Below are positions 33,401 to 43,776 of a DNA stretch of 64,000 nt, one piece after another. Position 1 is the first letter of the stretch. Each line of letters opens with the position of its first letter. Position numbers and translations under genes: made by a program. The notes under the pieces were generated by a model. The model was given only the letters and a program-made list of their open reading frames with translations. It was not told the DNA's origin and did no database searches. The stretch comes from an uncultured Gammaproteobacteria bacterium. Lineage in GTDB: Bacteria > Pseudomonadota > Gammaproteobacteria > JAGOUU01. The stretch is taken from assembly GCA_963977185.1 (NCBI GenBank), contig CAXBNV010000003.1, positions 6,082-70,081 on the forward strand, in the 5' to 3' direction.

Positions 33401-35965
33401 TTAGTTCGATTCTTTAGAATATATTAAATTAGCACTGAGCTGACCAAAACTATCATAATTAGTTTCAAATCCCCAGCTTTCAGATATTTTATATCTTGCC
33501 TGAAATAGTCCTAGTGGATCTAATAAGCTAAATCCATAACGAACAAATAGGTTATCAGTAATTTTTTTACCTATAACTAATATTTGATCATTTTGTGTTG
33601 GTATTCCCAGTGGATCAGTGGTATTTATAGACTCCATTTTGATTTCATCTAGTTTAAAAACATTAAAGACGGATCCTAAAAAAGAATTTCCTGTGCTAGA
33701 GAATCCTAGGACGTTTTGTAGAGCTGTTAACAGTAGAGACAATTGGGCTTTATCTGCATTATCACTAGGCGCTCCAAAAATTAAATAGGACAAAATATCT
33801 TGTTTTGACATAAATGGATTTGATATAAGAGTTAATTTAGGAGAGCTGAGAGGTCCTGTAAGTGATATTCCAACATAGGCTCTATTTAGACTACTAGTGC
33901 CATATCCACTAATATTAATAGCTTTTTCTGCTTGTATGCTAGCTAAAGGGTTGTCTATAGGATTGTTAATATAATTTAAGATACCTTTAGTAATCTTTAA
34001 ATTTCTATCATATATTGAATATATACCATTTTTTAATTCTAATGTTCCAGTTACTAAAGGTGAGCTTAAGTTATTTTTTAATTTTAAATTTAAAGATCCC
34101 GCTAGATCGGTTGTAAAGTTTTTCATTTTAAACTCTATGGTGTTTTCTATAATTAACTTAAGATCTCCACTTATATTTAAACTACTTTGTTCATCTTTAT
34201 TGTTTGATTTTATATTTTTATCTGTAAAAATTACATCTTTTTTATCATAAGAGCCAGAGCCATCCTTTGAATAAAATGATGCTTTAGGAATTAAAATTTT
34301 ACCATCAATCTTCATGTCATTTGGTGTTATGTTTAAGTTAATATCAGGAGATATATATAAAACATTATTTGTAGTATTTTGAGCAAGAAAATTTGATCCT
34401 TGGATATTTAAACTAGTTGTAATTTCTTGGTTTAGATTCGTTTGGCCATTAATAGTTAATTTGCCATTATTTGATATGCCTAAATTTTTAGTTTTATTAA
34501 GATTATTTTCAGATTCAAAAGATGCATTAAATTTTATAATGTTATTAGATATTTTAGCCAGGGCATTAAAATTAATTATTTTAATATTTAAATTAGGTAA
34601 TACAAAGCTTGCTGCATTTAAATTACAATCTCCATTACCTGTAATATTATTAATATTACCAGAAACATTATAATTACAAATTAAATTACCTTGAAGATTG
34701 TTTAAAGCATCAGGTAATAATGCGCCAAGAGGAGTAAGATTAGATAACCGTGACTGAAATGAGCCAGATAATTTTGTTGATTTAAGATCTAATAAATCAT
34801 TTATATTAAAACTACCAGTTATAAAATCTTTATCCCAAAGGTTTAGTTTTATTAATGAAGTTAGTTTGTTTTTGATGATAGTAATATCAACATTACTTTT
34901 TTTAAAATTATATGTTTTTTTATTATTTGCAACAGTAATATAACCTGGATCTATATCTAAATTAACTTTTGCATTTAAAGATTTATCTTTATTTAAATTA
35001 TAATTAATTTTAAATGCAAGTTTTGTCTCAGCATTAATACTGGCTTTTTGATCTATAATATATTTATCAAAACTTGCAAGATTAATATTATTAGAAAATC
35101 CTTGCAGGTTAAATTCGTTATTTACTAAATTAAGGTTTCCACGACTGCATAATTTATTGTCAAAAAGATGAAAACAAGTATCATTTAAACTAATTTCAGT
35201 ATCAGTAACAACTATAGTATTTTTACTGTTTGATAATTGTATAACATTATTTTGATTGTAATTTATTTTTAAATAATTAATATCTACATTTAAAGAGCTA
35301 AATATAGAATTTTTATAATTAAGAGTGTTTTCTGTAATTAGTTTAATATCATAATCAGAATTTTCTATTTTTTGATTGAAGGATAAGTTTAATAAATATT
35401 TGTTTGGCTGATTAATTGTGTTTGTAATTTTTAGAAAATTATTTAAATTATCAGATATAATAAACTTTTCAATTTTTATTTCATTTAAAGCTTTAAATGA
35501 AATATTTATATTAGCTAAAATACTATTTTCTTTATTTTCTTTATTATTAGTTTTTATATTAAAACTAGTATAGCCACTATTAAAGTTATGTTGTACGTTA
35601 ATGTTTAAATTATGGGCAGTATAGTTATCTTGATTTATTTTAGTCGTTTCAGAGTATATTAATGCAGTTATGTTATAGTTTTTAAAATCAAAATTCATGC
35701 TGTTATTTGAAAAACTAATTATTTTATCTAAATCTTTATTTTCATTTTTTAGATAAATATCTATATTTTTAAAATTTAAACCATTATATATAGATCCTGA
35801 TATTTTTTTATACTTGATTGTTATATTATTTGGAGTAAATGATTGTAATATAACTAAACTAATTTTAGCTCCAAAAGAAGTAAACAATAAAATTGATATA
35901 CTAATAGAAATTAATGCTAAAAAGCTAAGAAGTGTTAAAAAAATAGCCTTGAAAATTTTTTTCAT
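33401..35965 (-). CDS. tamB: Translocation and assembly module TamB (short form)
   Basis: N-terminal anchor; C-terminal DUF490-like G....P...L.S.P......LSYL.FG and GK.I...L.V.YG; follows tamA. Confidence 0.85.
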   Translation of the reverse strand: MKKIFKAIFLTLLSFLALISISISILLFTSFGAKISLVILQSFTPNNITIKYKKISGSIYNGLNFKNIDIYLKNENKDLDKIISFSNNSMNFDFKNYNITALIYSETTKINQDNYTAHNLNINVQHNFNSGYTSFNIKTNNKENKENSILANINISFKALNEIKIEKFIISDNLNNFLKITNTINQPNKYLLNLSFNQKIENSDYDIKLITENTLNYKNSIFSSLNVDINYLKINYNQNNVIQLSNSKNTIVVTDTEISLNDTCFHLFDNKLCSRGNLNLVNNEFNLQGFSNNINLASFDKYIIDQKASINAETKLAFKINYNLNKDKSLNAKVNLDIDPGYITVANNKKTYNFKKSNVDITIIKNKLTSLIKLNLWDKDFITGSFNINDLLDLKSTKLSGSFQSRLSNLTPLGALLPDALNNLQGNLICNYNVSGNINNITGNGDCNLNAASFVLPNLNIKIINFNALAKISNNIIKFNASFESENNLNKTKNLGISNNGKLTINGQTNLNQEITTSLNIQGSNFLAQNTTNNVLYISPDINLNITPNDMKIDGKILIPKASFYSKDGSGSYDKKDVIFTDKNIKSNNKDEQSSLNISGDLKLIIENTIEFKMKNFTTDLAGSLNLKLKNNLSSPLVTGTLELKNGIYSIYDRNLKITKGILNYINNPIDNPLASIQAEKAINISGYGTSSLNRAYVGISLTGPLSSPKLTLISNPFMSKQDILSYLIFGAPSDNADKAQLSLLLTALQNVLGFSSTGNSFLGSVFNVFKLDEIKMESINTTDPLGIPTQNDQILVIGKKITDNLFVRYGFSLLDPLGLFQARYKISESWGFETNYDSFGQLSANLIYSKESN

Positions 35966-36016
35966 GTAATTATAACTTAGTTAAAATTTATTAATTAAAA
36001 TCAAAATAATATGAAT

Positions 36017-37801
36017 TTATAATTCTGGTCCTATATTTAAAGATAAACGCCATGGTTTATCTCTTTTAGATATAGCTCTTGCTACATCTATTGTTATGTT
36101 ACCAATAGGAGACTGATAATGAGCTCCAACACCAATACTTTTGCTCATATTATTATGAACTAATTTCCAGGTCTCATCAGCGTTACCAGCATCAGTAAAT
36201 ACAGCGGCAAACCAAGGGCCATACACTCGATATGCAAATTCTAAGCTTCCAACTAATAATTTACTACCACCAATAATAAACTCTTCTCCTTTTGAATTAG
36301 TATATCTTGGTGCAATTGATTTATATTGATAACCTCTAACAGAATCTGTACCACCAGCATAAAATCTCATTGTTGGTGGAACTTGAGAAATATCATTGTC
36401 TTTATTCCAAATTTGTCCTACTTGACCTCTAACCGTTGTTTTAAAATTAGGTGTTATATAGAATAAAACTTTACTATAAATTGAAGTTTTAGATAAACTA
36501 ATAGTTGATAATAAGTCATTAATACTACCTAAGGTATTAAAATTAAAGATAAATCCAAATTTGTCTTTATTATTGTATAATTTATACCATGAAAATTCAG
36601 GAGTAAGCAGGCGGCTATGAATATTTATTCCTTCTTCTGTTGTTGTATAGTTTTCTATATTATATTTTAATCCACCAATAATTTTACTGTTATATTGATC
36701 ATACTGACGCTGATAATTACCAAATACTTCATGCCTTGTTTTCTCAATGTATTTCTCATTCTGTTTTTTTTCATCTAAATAATTATATCCAAATGATATT
36801 TGATCTGTGGCTGGCTTTTCCCCTGGAGAATAATATATTAAATTGACATAGTCATTATATTGTCCAACTTTTGCCGAGGCTTCATAACTATGACCATAAT
36901 TATTTATATATAAAACTTTTCTAGAGGCAAGGATGTTAAATCCATCATCAGTACTATAACCTGCACCGAGCTTATATTTATACTTAGTCAAAGGGTGAAG
37001 ATCTATACGTATATCTACAGTTTTTGTTTTCTGATTTGGTGTTGGTATAATCATTACTTTATCAAAATACTTGCTAAGTCCAGTTTGAAGATTAAGTATT
37101 TTTTGATATGAGTATTTTTGATTAGCTTTAAAAGTTAAAAATTTATATAAAAATTTCTCTGAAACTCGATTATATTGTTGTTGAATAAATTTAATGTTAC
37201 CAAATTTGAATTTTATTTTAGTATCGAAATTGATATTAATCTTAGCCGTATTTAATACTCTATTAATATAAATATTACTTTTTGTAAATTTTGCATCAAA
37301 ATATCCTTGATTTTCTGCTGTTGCATATAAGCTATTTTTAAAATCATCATAAGTTTTATAATTAATAATAGTTCCAGTTTTTAATTCTGATGACTTTACA
37401 ATTTTCCTAATATCAGGGTTATATTTACCTGGGCCTGTAATATTTATATCAGAGCTAGTTATAATAGTAGCAGGGCCCTTGTGTATATTATATTTAATGT
37501 TCCATGATATATCGTTTTTATCAACTATTTTGTTTACCTGAGCATTATAATAACCTAAAGTTTCAAATTGCGATTTAATCTCTTTTTCTATATTTTTTAT
37601 ATGATATTTAGCTTGCCATTCTTGGTAATCATCTTTAACTAGTTTTTCTATCTCTAGTTGTTTATATAGATTAGCAATAGTGTCAGAGTCAGCAGCTGCT
37701 GAATCTTGTAAAGTGATATTAAGTTTTATGGCGTAAATATTAATCGAAATAAAAATAGTAAGGTAGATTAATATAAGTTTTGATATAAATCGACTGCTCA
37801 T
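36017..37801 (-). CDS. tamA: Omp85-family TamA
   Basis: POTRA segments (LGYY, GYFDA), G.GYSTD.G, RFYAGG..SVRGY.Y, F.D.G and SPIG motifs. Confidence 0.9.
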   Translation of the reverse strand: MSSRFISKLILIYLTIFISINIYAIKLNITLQDSAAADSDTIANLYKQLEIEKLVKDDYQEWQAKYHIKNIEKEIKSQFETLGYYNAQVNKIVDKNDISWNIKYNIHKGPATIITSSDINITGPGKYNPDIRKIVKSSELKTGTIINYKTYDDFKNSLYATAENQGYFDAKFTKSNIYINRVLNTAKININFDTKIKFKFGNIKFIQQQYNRVSEKFLYKFLTFKANQKYSYQKILNLQTGLSKYFDKVMIIPTPNQKTKTVDIRIDLHPLTKYKYKLGAGYSTDDGFNILASRKVLYINNYGHSYEASAKVGQYNDYVNLIYYSPGEKPATDQISFGYNYLDEKKQNEKYIEKTRHEVFGNYQRQYDQYNSKIIGGLKYNIENYTTTEEGINIHSRLLTPEFSWYKLYNNKDKFGFIFNFNTLGSINDLLSTISLSKTSIYSKVLFYITPNFKTTVRGQVGQIWNKDNDISQVPPTMRFYAGGTDSVRGYQYKSIAPRYTNSKGEEFIIGGSKLLVGSLEFAYRVYGPWFAAVFTDAGNADETWKLVHNNMSKSIGVGAHYQSPIGNITIDVARAISKRDKPWRLSLNIGPEL

Positions 37802-37897
37802 TTATTTTGCTTTTAAAATATATTTAGGTTAATAGTTAATTTTACCGTTTTATATTATGTTTCACAACCTAATTAATTGGTGTTTGGTTAAACTTAA

Positions 37898-39922
37898 TTA
37901 TTTCATTGATATTTTACAATTAAACTTATTAGCAAAAGTTAATAATGATTGAGTTTTATTTTCTTTGGCTAATACAAGGTTACTTCTAATAGACTCAGTA
38001 CATAAGTCTAGTTTTTTTAGGTAAGACATTATTTTAGATATGTTATTTTCGTGTAACTTAAGAAAAGGCTCTATTAATTCTTGAGTTTTACAATTTCTTT
38101 TAGAAGCATCTGGTTTTATTGTAATTGGGCTAGTTAAGCTTTCTAAGCTTTCAGATGAGCGACAGACTTTAACGTTAGTTTTTGTATCATTAAAATCAAT
38201 AAAGAAAACAACAGGATCTCTATGTTGTCTATGTTTTTGAAAGCAAGAAAGACTTTTTTTTATTAAATGTTTATTATTATTAAGGGCAGACTCACAGGCA
38301 AGATTTTTAAAGCTAATGTTCTTTTTTGCCATAGCAAAATGGTTGATTAATTTTTGTATAAAAATTTCATCAATACCTGTTACTTGCTCTGGAAGTTTAT
38401 TAATTAGAAGCCCTCTTAAAGAATATTCTTCTAATAATAATTCTAGATTATTTTGAACAGTTGATATTTCCTCTATAGAATCTTGTAATATATCTTCTAT
38501 TATTTCTGATATTAATTCATTAATTTTTTCATCATCAGTTGATATAAAAGTTAACGTAGACTTTAATTTTGTAGCAAATAAATCAATTTTTTCTTGGGAT
38601 TTAATATCTAATAACGCTATTATTTTTATACTATCAAGTAATGTTTTTATTTTATTTATAGTTTTAATATTTAAATTATTTATTCGAATAATTTCATTAA
38701 TATATTCATTGGCTTTTTCTGCTTCTGTCTCATAAAAAGCTTTAAAACCAAGATTTTTATGATAAAAAATCTCATTAGTTTTTTGTCTATTTAACATATG
38801 ATTATTTATATTAATATATGAGTTAACATGAAAAATAATATGTTGATAAGGGCTATCTATGAAAGATTCAGTATTGGTTAAAAGATGTGAAAGCAACATA
38901 GTTTTAAATTTATACGTATACATAATAGGTATGCAATAAGCTATTACATTAAATATATCTGGATTATATTGTAACATTGATAGCTCATAAACAGACTTGC
39001 TAGCATAATGTAGGGAATATTCTGATACTTTATGATTTATTATTAAATTAAATTGTTCTTTGCTATTAAATACAGATAATATCAAACTCAAAGTAAAAGG
39101 ATTATTTTGAATCATGGCAATATGTAAAACTGACAATCCATTATTTTTAAATACTTTATCACCACTATAAGCAAGGGTTTTTATTATTAGATTTTTTTTA
39201 AGATAAATGCTTCTTATATTACTTATAATAAATTGTAAACCAGTTATATTATTGCCTGCAATTGCTGCATGAATTAAAGAGTTATTATGCTCGTCAAAAT
39301 ATGTAAGGAGTTTTTGTTTTTTATTATTGGATAGTAAATTGGGAGTTGTAAAAATTTTTACAAAATCACTATTTCGATTCAAATATAGAAGAACCATTAA
39401 AAAAGATTGTTGGCCTAAATTAATATTGGGAAAATCAAATTGATAATTAAGTAGGTAATATCTGGTTTCAAGATTAAAATTCTGCAAATAATTAATAACA
39501 ACTTGTATATCTAAGTTGTTTTGTAATAAATAATTAGTAAAGCTATAAAAAAAATAAAGAATTTTATAATTATTTAAATGGTTTGAATATTTAAAAATTG
39601 AATATTTTTCAATATAGTTGTTTATTATATGATTAGTAGCTGATTCTAAGTTTAGCCAAAATGTTTTATTAATTATTTGGGAGCCAAATCTATCAAAGAA
39701 TTTTTTTTTATCAGAATCGTTGCTAAATATATCAAAAAGTTCATTGAGTTTATTTATTAATTGATATTTTGCTAATTGTTCAACATGAGTTAAAAATATA
39801 GGATATTGATTTTTTAAAATAGCCGTTTTAATTTTTGTTTGTTCTATTTTACTTAAATTTTGATATTGCTCAATCCAAATATAAGTATCTTTTGGAGATT
39901 TGGCTTTTTTGATTAAGTTCAT
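37898..39922 (-). CDS. Ankyrin-repeat-containing hypothetical protein; putative effector
   Basis: Degenerate ankyrin units HNNSLIHAAIAGNNITGLQFI, NGLSVLHIAMIQNNPFTLSLI and YSLHYA; inserted between livF and tamA. Confidence 0.65.
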   Translation of the reverse strand: MNLIKKAKSPKDTYIWIEQYQNLSKIEQTKIKTAILKNQYPIFLTHVEQLAKYQLINKLNELFDIFSNDSDKKKFFDRFGSQIINKTFWLNLESATNHIINNYIEKYSIFKYSNHLNNYKILYFFYSFTNYLLQNNLDIQVVINYLQNFNLETRYYLLNYQFDFPNINLGQQSFLMVLLYLNRNSDFVKIFTTPNLLSNNKKQKLLTYFDEHNNSLIHAAIAGNNITGLQFIISNIRSIYLKKNLIIKTLAYSGDKVFKNNGLSVLHIAMIQNNPFTLSLILSVFNSKEQFNLIINHKVSEYSLHYASKSVYELSMLQYNPDIFNVIAYCIPIMYTYKFKTMLLSHLLTNTESFIDSPYQHIIFHVNSYININNHMLNRQKTNEIFYHKNLGFKAFYETEAEKANEYINEIIRINNLNIKTINKIKTLLDSIKIIALLDIKSQEKIDLFATKLKSTLTFISTDDEKINELISEIIEDILQDSIEEISTVQNNLELLLEEYSLRGLLINKLPEQVTGIDEIFIQKLINHFAMAKKNISFKNLACESALNNNKHLIKKSLSCFQKHRQHRDPVVFFIDFNDTKTNVKVCRSSESLESLTSPITIKPDASKRNCKTQELIEPFLKLHENNISKIMSYLKKLDLCTESIRSNLVLAKENKTQSLLTFANKFNCKISMK

Positions 39923-39945
39923 ATTTTACATCCATTTTATAATTG

Positions 39946-40650
39946 TTATTTTCCTAAATAATGCTCCTTTATGCTCTTATCATTTAAAAAATTCTGGCGA
40001 GAGCCTTGTTTTTGAATTTCTCCATTTGATAAAAGATAAAATCTATCCGCAAGTTTTATTGCATGATTAACATTTTGCTCTATTAATAATATAGTAGTAT
40101 CACATGCTGCAATTTTTTTCAAAATATCAAAAATTTGGATGGTGATTTTAGGTGATAACCCAAGGCTTGGCTCATCTAAAATTAATAACTTTGGCTCGCT
40201 CATTAAAGCTCGTCCTATTGCAAGCATTTGCTGCTCGCCGCCAGACAAAGTACCAGCCGATTGATTTTTTCTTTTAAACAAAATAGGGAATTGTTCATAA
40301 ATTTGTTCTAAAATTTTATTATCAATATTTTTTAAATTACAACCACCAAGTAATAAATTTTCCAACACTGTCATTTTAGAAAAAACTCTTCTACCTTCTG
40401 GAACAAGACTTATACCTAATTTAGAAATATTGTGACTCGGGGTTTTAGTTATATCTTGTTGATTAAAACAAATGCTCCCATGAGTTGCGCATATGGCATT
40501 AAAAATAGTCATAACTAACGTTGTTTTTCCAGCACCATTTGGTCCTAAAATAGTTACAACTTCATTTTTTTTTATATTTAAAGATATATCTCTAAGTACC
40601 TTAATGGCTCCGTATCCAGCGTGTAAATTCTTAATTTCTAATAAACTCAT
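39946..40650 (-). CDS. livF: Branched-chain amino acid ABC transporter ATPase LivF
   Basis: GPNGAGKTT, VPEGRRVF, LSGGEQQMLAIGRALM and DEPSLGL motifs. Confidence 0.95.
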   Translation of the reverse strand: MSLLEIKNLHAGYGAIKVLRDISLNIKKNEVVTILGPNGAGKTTLVMTIFNAICATHGSICFNQQDITKTPSHNISKLGISLVPEGRRVFSKMTVLENLLLGGCNLKNIDNKILEQIYEQFPILFKRKNQSAGTLSGGEQQMLAIGRALMSEPKLLILDEPSLGLSPKITIQIFDILKKIAACDTTILLIEQNVNHAIKLADRFYLLSNGEIQKQGSRQNFLNDKSIKEHYLGK

Positions 40651-41519
40651 TAATATTCAACTCCTAAGTAAGCAGAAATAACTTTAGGATCTTTTTTAAT
40701 AATATTTGGTGTTCCTTGAGTCAAAAGACTGCCGTTATCTAAAACATAAATATAATCAGATATTTTCATAACCAAATCCATGTCATGTTCAATTAGAGCA
40801 ATAGTTAAGTTATATTCTTTTTTTATTTTTTGTAAATACTCGCTTAATTCTGCAGTTTCTTTATTATTTAAACCAGCTGCCGGTTCATCAAGACATAATA
40901 AAATAGGACGAGTACACATGGCTCTAGCTATTTCAACTTTTTTTTGAATTCCATAAGATAAGTCTTTTGCTAAATGATTTGCATATTTTTCAATATTAAA
41001 AAATTTAAGCCATTTATAAGATTCATGAATTGCTTTATTTAATTGGTATTTATAAGACTTAGTATTAAAAAATCCAGATATAATATTAGTATTTAAAAAA
41101 TTATGTTGCGCAATTAATAAATTTTCAACTACGGTAATGTCTTTAAAAAGCCTGATATTTTGAAATGTTCTAGCAATTCCATATCTATTGACTAAATGAC
41201 TACCACCAAAAAGTTTATAATATAATTTAGTAAAAGTTTTTTTATAATTTAAAAAATCTTCTGCCAAAAAATTTTCACTGATTATTTTATTAATTAAAAT
41301 TTCTTTATTATTATTGTGTAGAGTTATTGTTCCAGAAGTTGCTTTATAAAATCCAGTAATACAATTAAAAAAAGTAGTTTTACCTGCTCCATTAGGACCT
41401 ATAATACAAGTTATTTTATTTTTATTTATAGATAAAGATATATCTTTTAAAGCATTTATACCGCCAAAATTTATACAAATTTTATCTACCTGTAAAACTT
41501 TATTTAGATTTGTATCCAT
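40650..41519 (-). CDS. livG: Branched-chain amino acid ABC transporter ATPase LivG
   Basis: GPNGAGKTT.FNC.TGFY, ARTFQNIRLF, LDEPAAGLN and IEHDM motifs. Confidence 0.95.
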   Translation of the reverse strand: MDTNLNKVLQVDKICINFGGINALKDISLSINKNKITCIIGPNGAGKTTFFNCITGFYKATSGTITLHNNNKEILINKIISENFLAEDFLNYKKTFTKLYYKLFGGSHLVNRYGIARTFQNIRLFKDITVVENLLIAQHNFLNTNIISGFFNTKSYKYQLNKAIHESYKWLKFFNIEKYANHLAKDLSYGIQKKVEIARAMCTRPILLCLDEPAAGLNNKETAELSEYLQKIKKEYNLTIALIEHDMDLVMKISDYIYVLDNGSLLTQGTPNIIKKDPKVISAYLGVEY

Positions 41520-41543
41520 AAGAATTTATTTTTAAATTTTATT

Positions 41544-42788
41544 TTAATATTTAGGTCTTTTTATGCTGATTAAACCGCGAGGCCGCCAAATCATCATTAG
41601 AACCATTATTATTCCTAAAAGTAATATTCTATAATTAGCAAAATCTCTTAATAATTCAGGCAATATAGTAAATATAAAAGCTGCTATAATCACCCCTAAA
41701 ATACTGCCTAAACCACCTAATACAACTATTGCTAGAATTAATGCAGACTCAATGAATGTAAATGATGAAGGATCAATAAACCCTTGATAAGCTGCAAAAA
41801 AGACACCTCCTAAGCCACCAAAAAAAGCTCCCATACTAAAAGCAGATAATTTAGTTGTCACATGATATATTCCTAATGATCTTGCTGCTATTTCATCTTC
41901 TCTTAAAGCTTCCCAAGCTCTACCCAAAGGCATATTTTTTAATTTATTAACAAAAAATATTACAAAAGTAACAGTGATTAATAAAATGAAATAGATGAAA
42001 ATATATTTATAACTGCTATCATAAGGTAGATTAAAATATTCATGAAATGGAATCCCACCATGTTTTGCATATCTTGAAAATTCAAGGTTAAATAAATTAG
42101 GTCTTGGGACGCTAATACCATTTGGCCCATGCGTAAAACTTGACCAATTATTTAAAATTAATCTGATTATTTCTCCAAATCCTAAGGTGACGATTGCAAG
42201 ATAATCACCATGCATTTTTAATACGGGAAATCCTAAAATTGCTCCAAACAAAGCGGCAAGAAGGGCGCAAAATGGAAGTGCTTCCCAAAAGCTTAATCCA
42301 AGATATTGACTGCCAAGAGCATAGCCATAAGCACCAACTGCATAAAAAGCAACAAAACCTAAATCTAATAATCCTGCATATCCAACTACTATATTTAATC
42401 CTAAGCCAAGAACTACATAAATTAAGGCAAGAATTAATATAGTAAGCCAATATTTTTGAATAATAAAAGGCATGATTAAAAAAATTAAAAATATTATTGT
42501 TAGAATACATATTTTAATTTTATTATTTAAAGAAAAAATATTATCTATATGTTTGTTTTGTTTATAAAATAACATTTGATTATAATATTTTTTAAAGTAT
42601 GAATTTATATATAAATATAAAAAACAGAATATAAAAACAATGCTAGATAAAATAATAGCAGGGTAGATATTAATTACTACATTATACTCATCAAGAACAA
42701 ATCCAGTAATGGGAGCAAAAATTATAAAAGATAAGATTAAGCTTATTAAAGATTTTTTAATAGCAGAAATCAAATAAGTATTATTCAT
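41544..42788 (-). CDS. livM: Branched-chain amino acid ABC transporter permease LivM
   Basis: GLNIVVG.AGLLDLGFVAFYAVGAY, GDYLAIVTLGFGEI and GRAWEALREDEIA motifs. Confidence 0.95.
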   Translation of the reverse strand: MNNTYLISAIKKSLISLILSFIIFAPITGFVLDEYNVVINIYPAIILSSIVFIFCFLYLYINSYFKKYYNQMLFYKQNKHIDNIFSLNNKIKICILTIIFLIFLIMPFIIQKYWLTILILALIYVVLGLGLNIVVGYAGLLDLGFVAFYAVGAYGYALGSQYLGLSFWEALPFCALLAALFGAILGFPVLKMHGDYLAIVTLGFGEIIRLILNNWSSFTHGPNGISVPRPNLFNLEFSRYAKHGGIPFHEYFNLPYDSSYKYIFIYFILLITVTFVIFFVNKLKNMPLGRAWEALREDEIAARSLGIYHVTTKLSAFSMGAFFGGLGGVFFAAYQGFIDPSSFTFIESALILAIVVLGGLGSILGVIIAAFIFTILPELLRDFANYRILLLGIIMVLMMIWRPRGLISIKRPKY

Positions 42789-42812
42789 ATAAATTTATAT
42801 AATTTAATTTTA

Positions 42813-43757
42813 TTAAACTTTTTCTACTTCAGGTTTACCAAGTAATCCAGTTGGTTTGAATATTAATATTACTATTAATAATGCAAAAGCAAAGACATCT
42901 TTATAATCAGTATTAACAAATCCTGAAAATAAAGATTCAGCAAGTCCTAAAATCAAACCACCAATCATTGCACCAGGAAGCGAGCCTATTCCGCCTAAAA
43001 CTGCTGCCGTAAAGGCCTTAATGCCAGTAATAAATCCCATGTGAAAATCAAAAGATCCATAATTTATAGAAACTAAAAATCCCGCAATTGCAGCTGCTAT
43101 TGCGCCTAAAATAAAAACATAAGAAATAGTTCTATCACTATTTATACCTAATATATTGGCCATAACTCTATCTTCAGCAGTTGCACGCATCATTCGCCCT
43201 AATTTAGTTTTATTTACAATATTATATAAAATTAGCATTGTCACAAAAGAGACGATTATAATCATTAATTGAACTTGAGAAATTTGAACAAAATCAGCAG
43301 AATTAGAACTATTATTAAAACTAAATTTAATAATACCATTCATTAAATTAGGTACTGTTTTGTTATCTGCTCCCTGGCTAATTTGCACATAGTTTTGTAA
43401 AATTAAAGACATTCCTATTGCGGATATTAATAAAGATAATCTTGCTGCGCCTCTTAAGGGCTTATAAGCAACTTTTTCAACCGAGTAACCGTATACTGCT
43501 GTTATAAAAACAGTAAATATTAATGTTAGAGCTAGAGTTAAAATATTATAATCTAAACCTAGATATTTTAAAATTATGCCAAAAATTGCAATGCAAATAG
43601 CGGTAAGATAAGTTGATATCATATAAATATCACCATGAGCAAAATTAATCATGCCAATTATGCCATAAACCATGCTATAGCCTATAGCTATTAGTCCGTA
43701 TATAGAACCTAGTATGATTCCATTTAAAACTTGTTGCGCTAAAATATATAAATCCAT
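42813..43757 (-). CDS. livH: Branched-chain amino acid ABC transporter permease LivH
   Basis: YGLIAIGYSMVYGIIGMINFAHG and KAFTAAVLGGIGS motifs. Confidence 0.95.
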   Translation of the reverse strand: MDLYILAQQVLNGIILGSIYGLIAIGYSMVYGIIGMINFAHGDIYMISTYLTAICIAIFGIILKYLGLDYNILTLALTLIFTVFITAVYGYSVEKVAYKPLRGAARLSLLISAIGMSLILQNYVQISQGADNKTVPNLMNGIIKFSFNNSSNSADFVQISQVQLMIIIVSFVTMLILYNIVNKTKLGRMMRATAEDRVMANILGINSDRTISYVFILGAIAAAIAGFLVSINYGSFDFHMGFITGIKAFTAAVLGGIGSLPGAMIGGLILGLAESLFSGFVNTDYKDVFAFALLIVILIFKPTGLLGKPEVEKV

Positions 43758-43776
43758 TTTTATATTACTTAATATA

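Noticed and set aside
41200-41310. ~35-aa insertion in LivG
   Set aside because: It is in frame with all ABC motifs intact. I recall similar long LivG variants in other proteobacteria, so it is not treated as novel.
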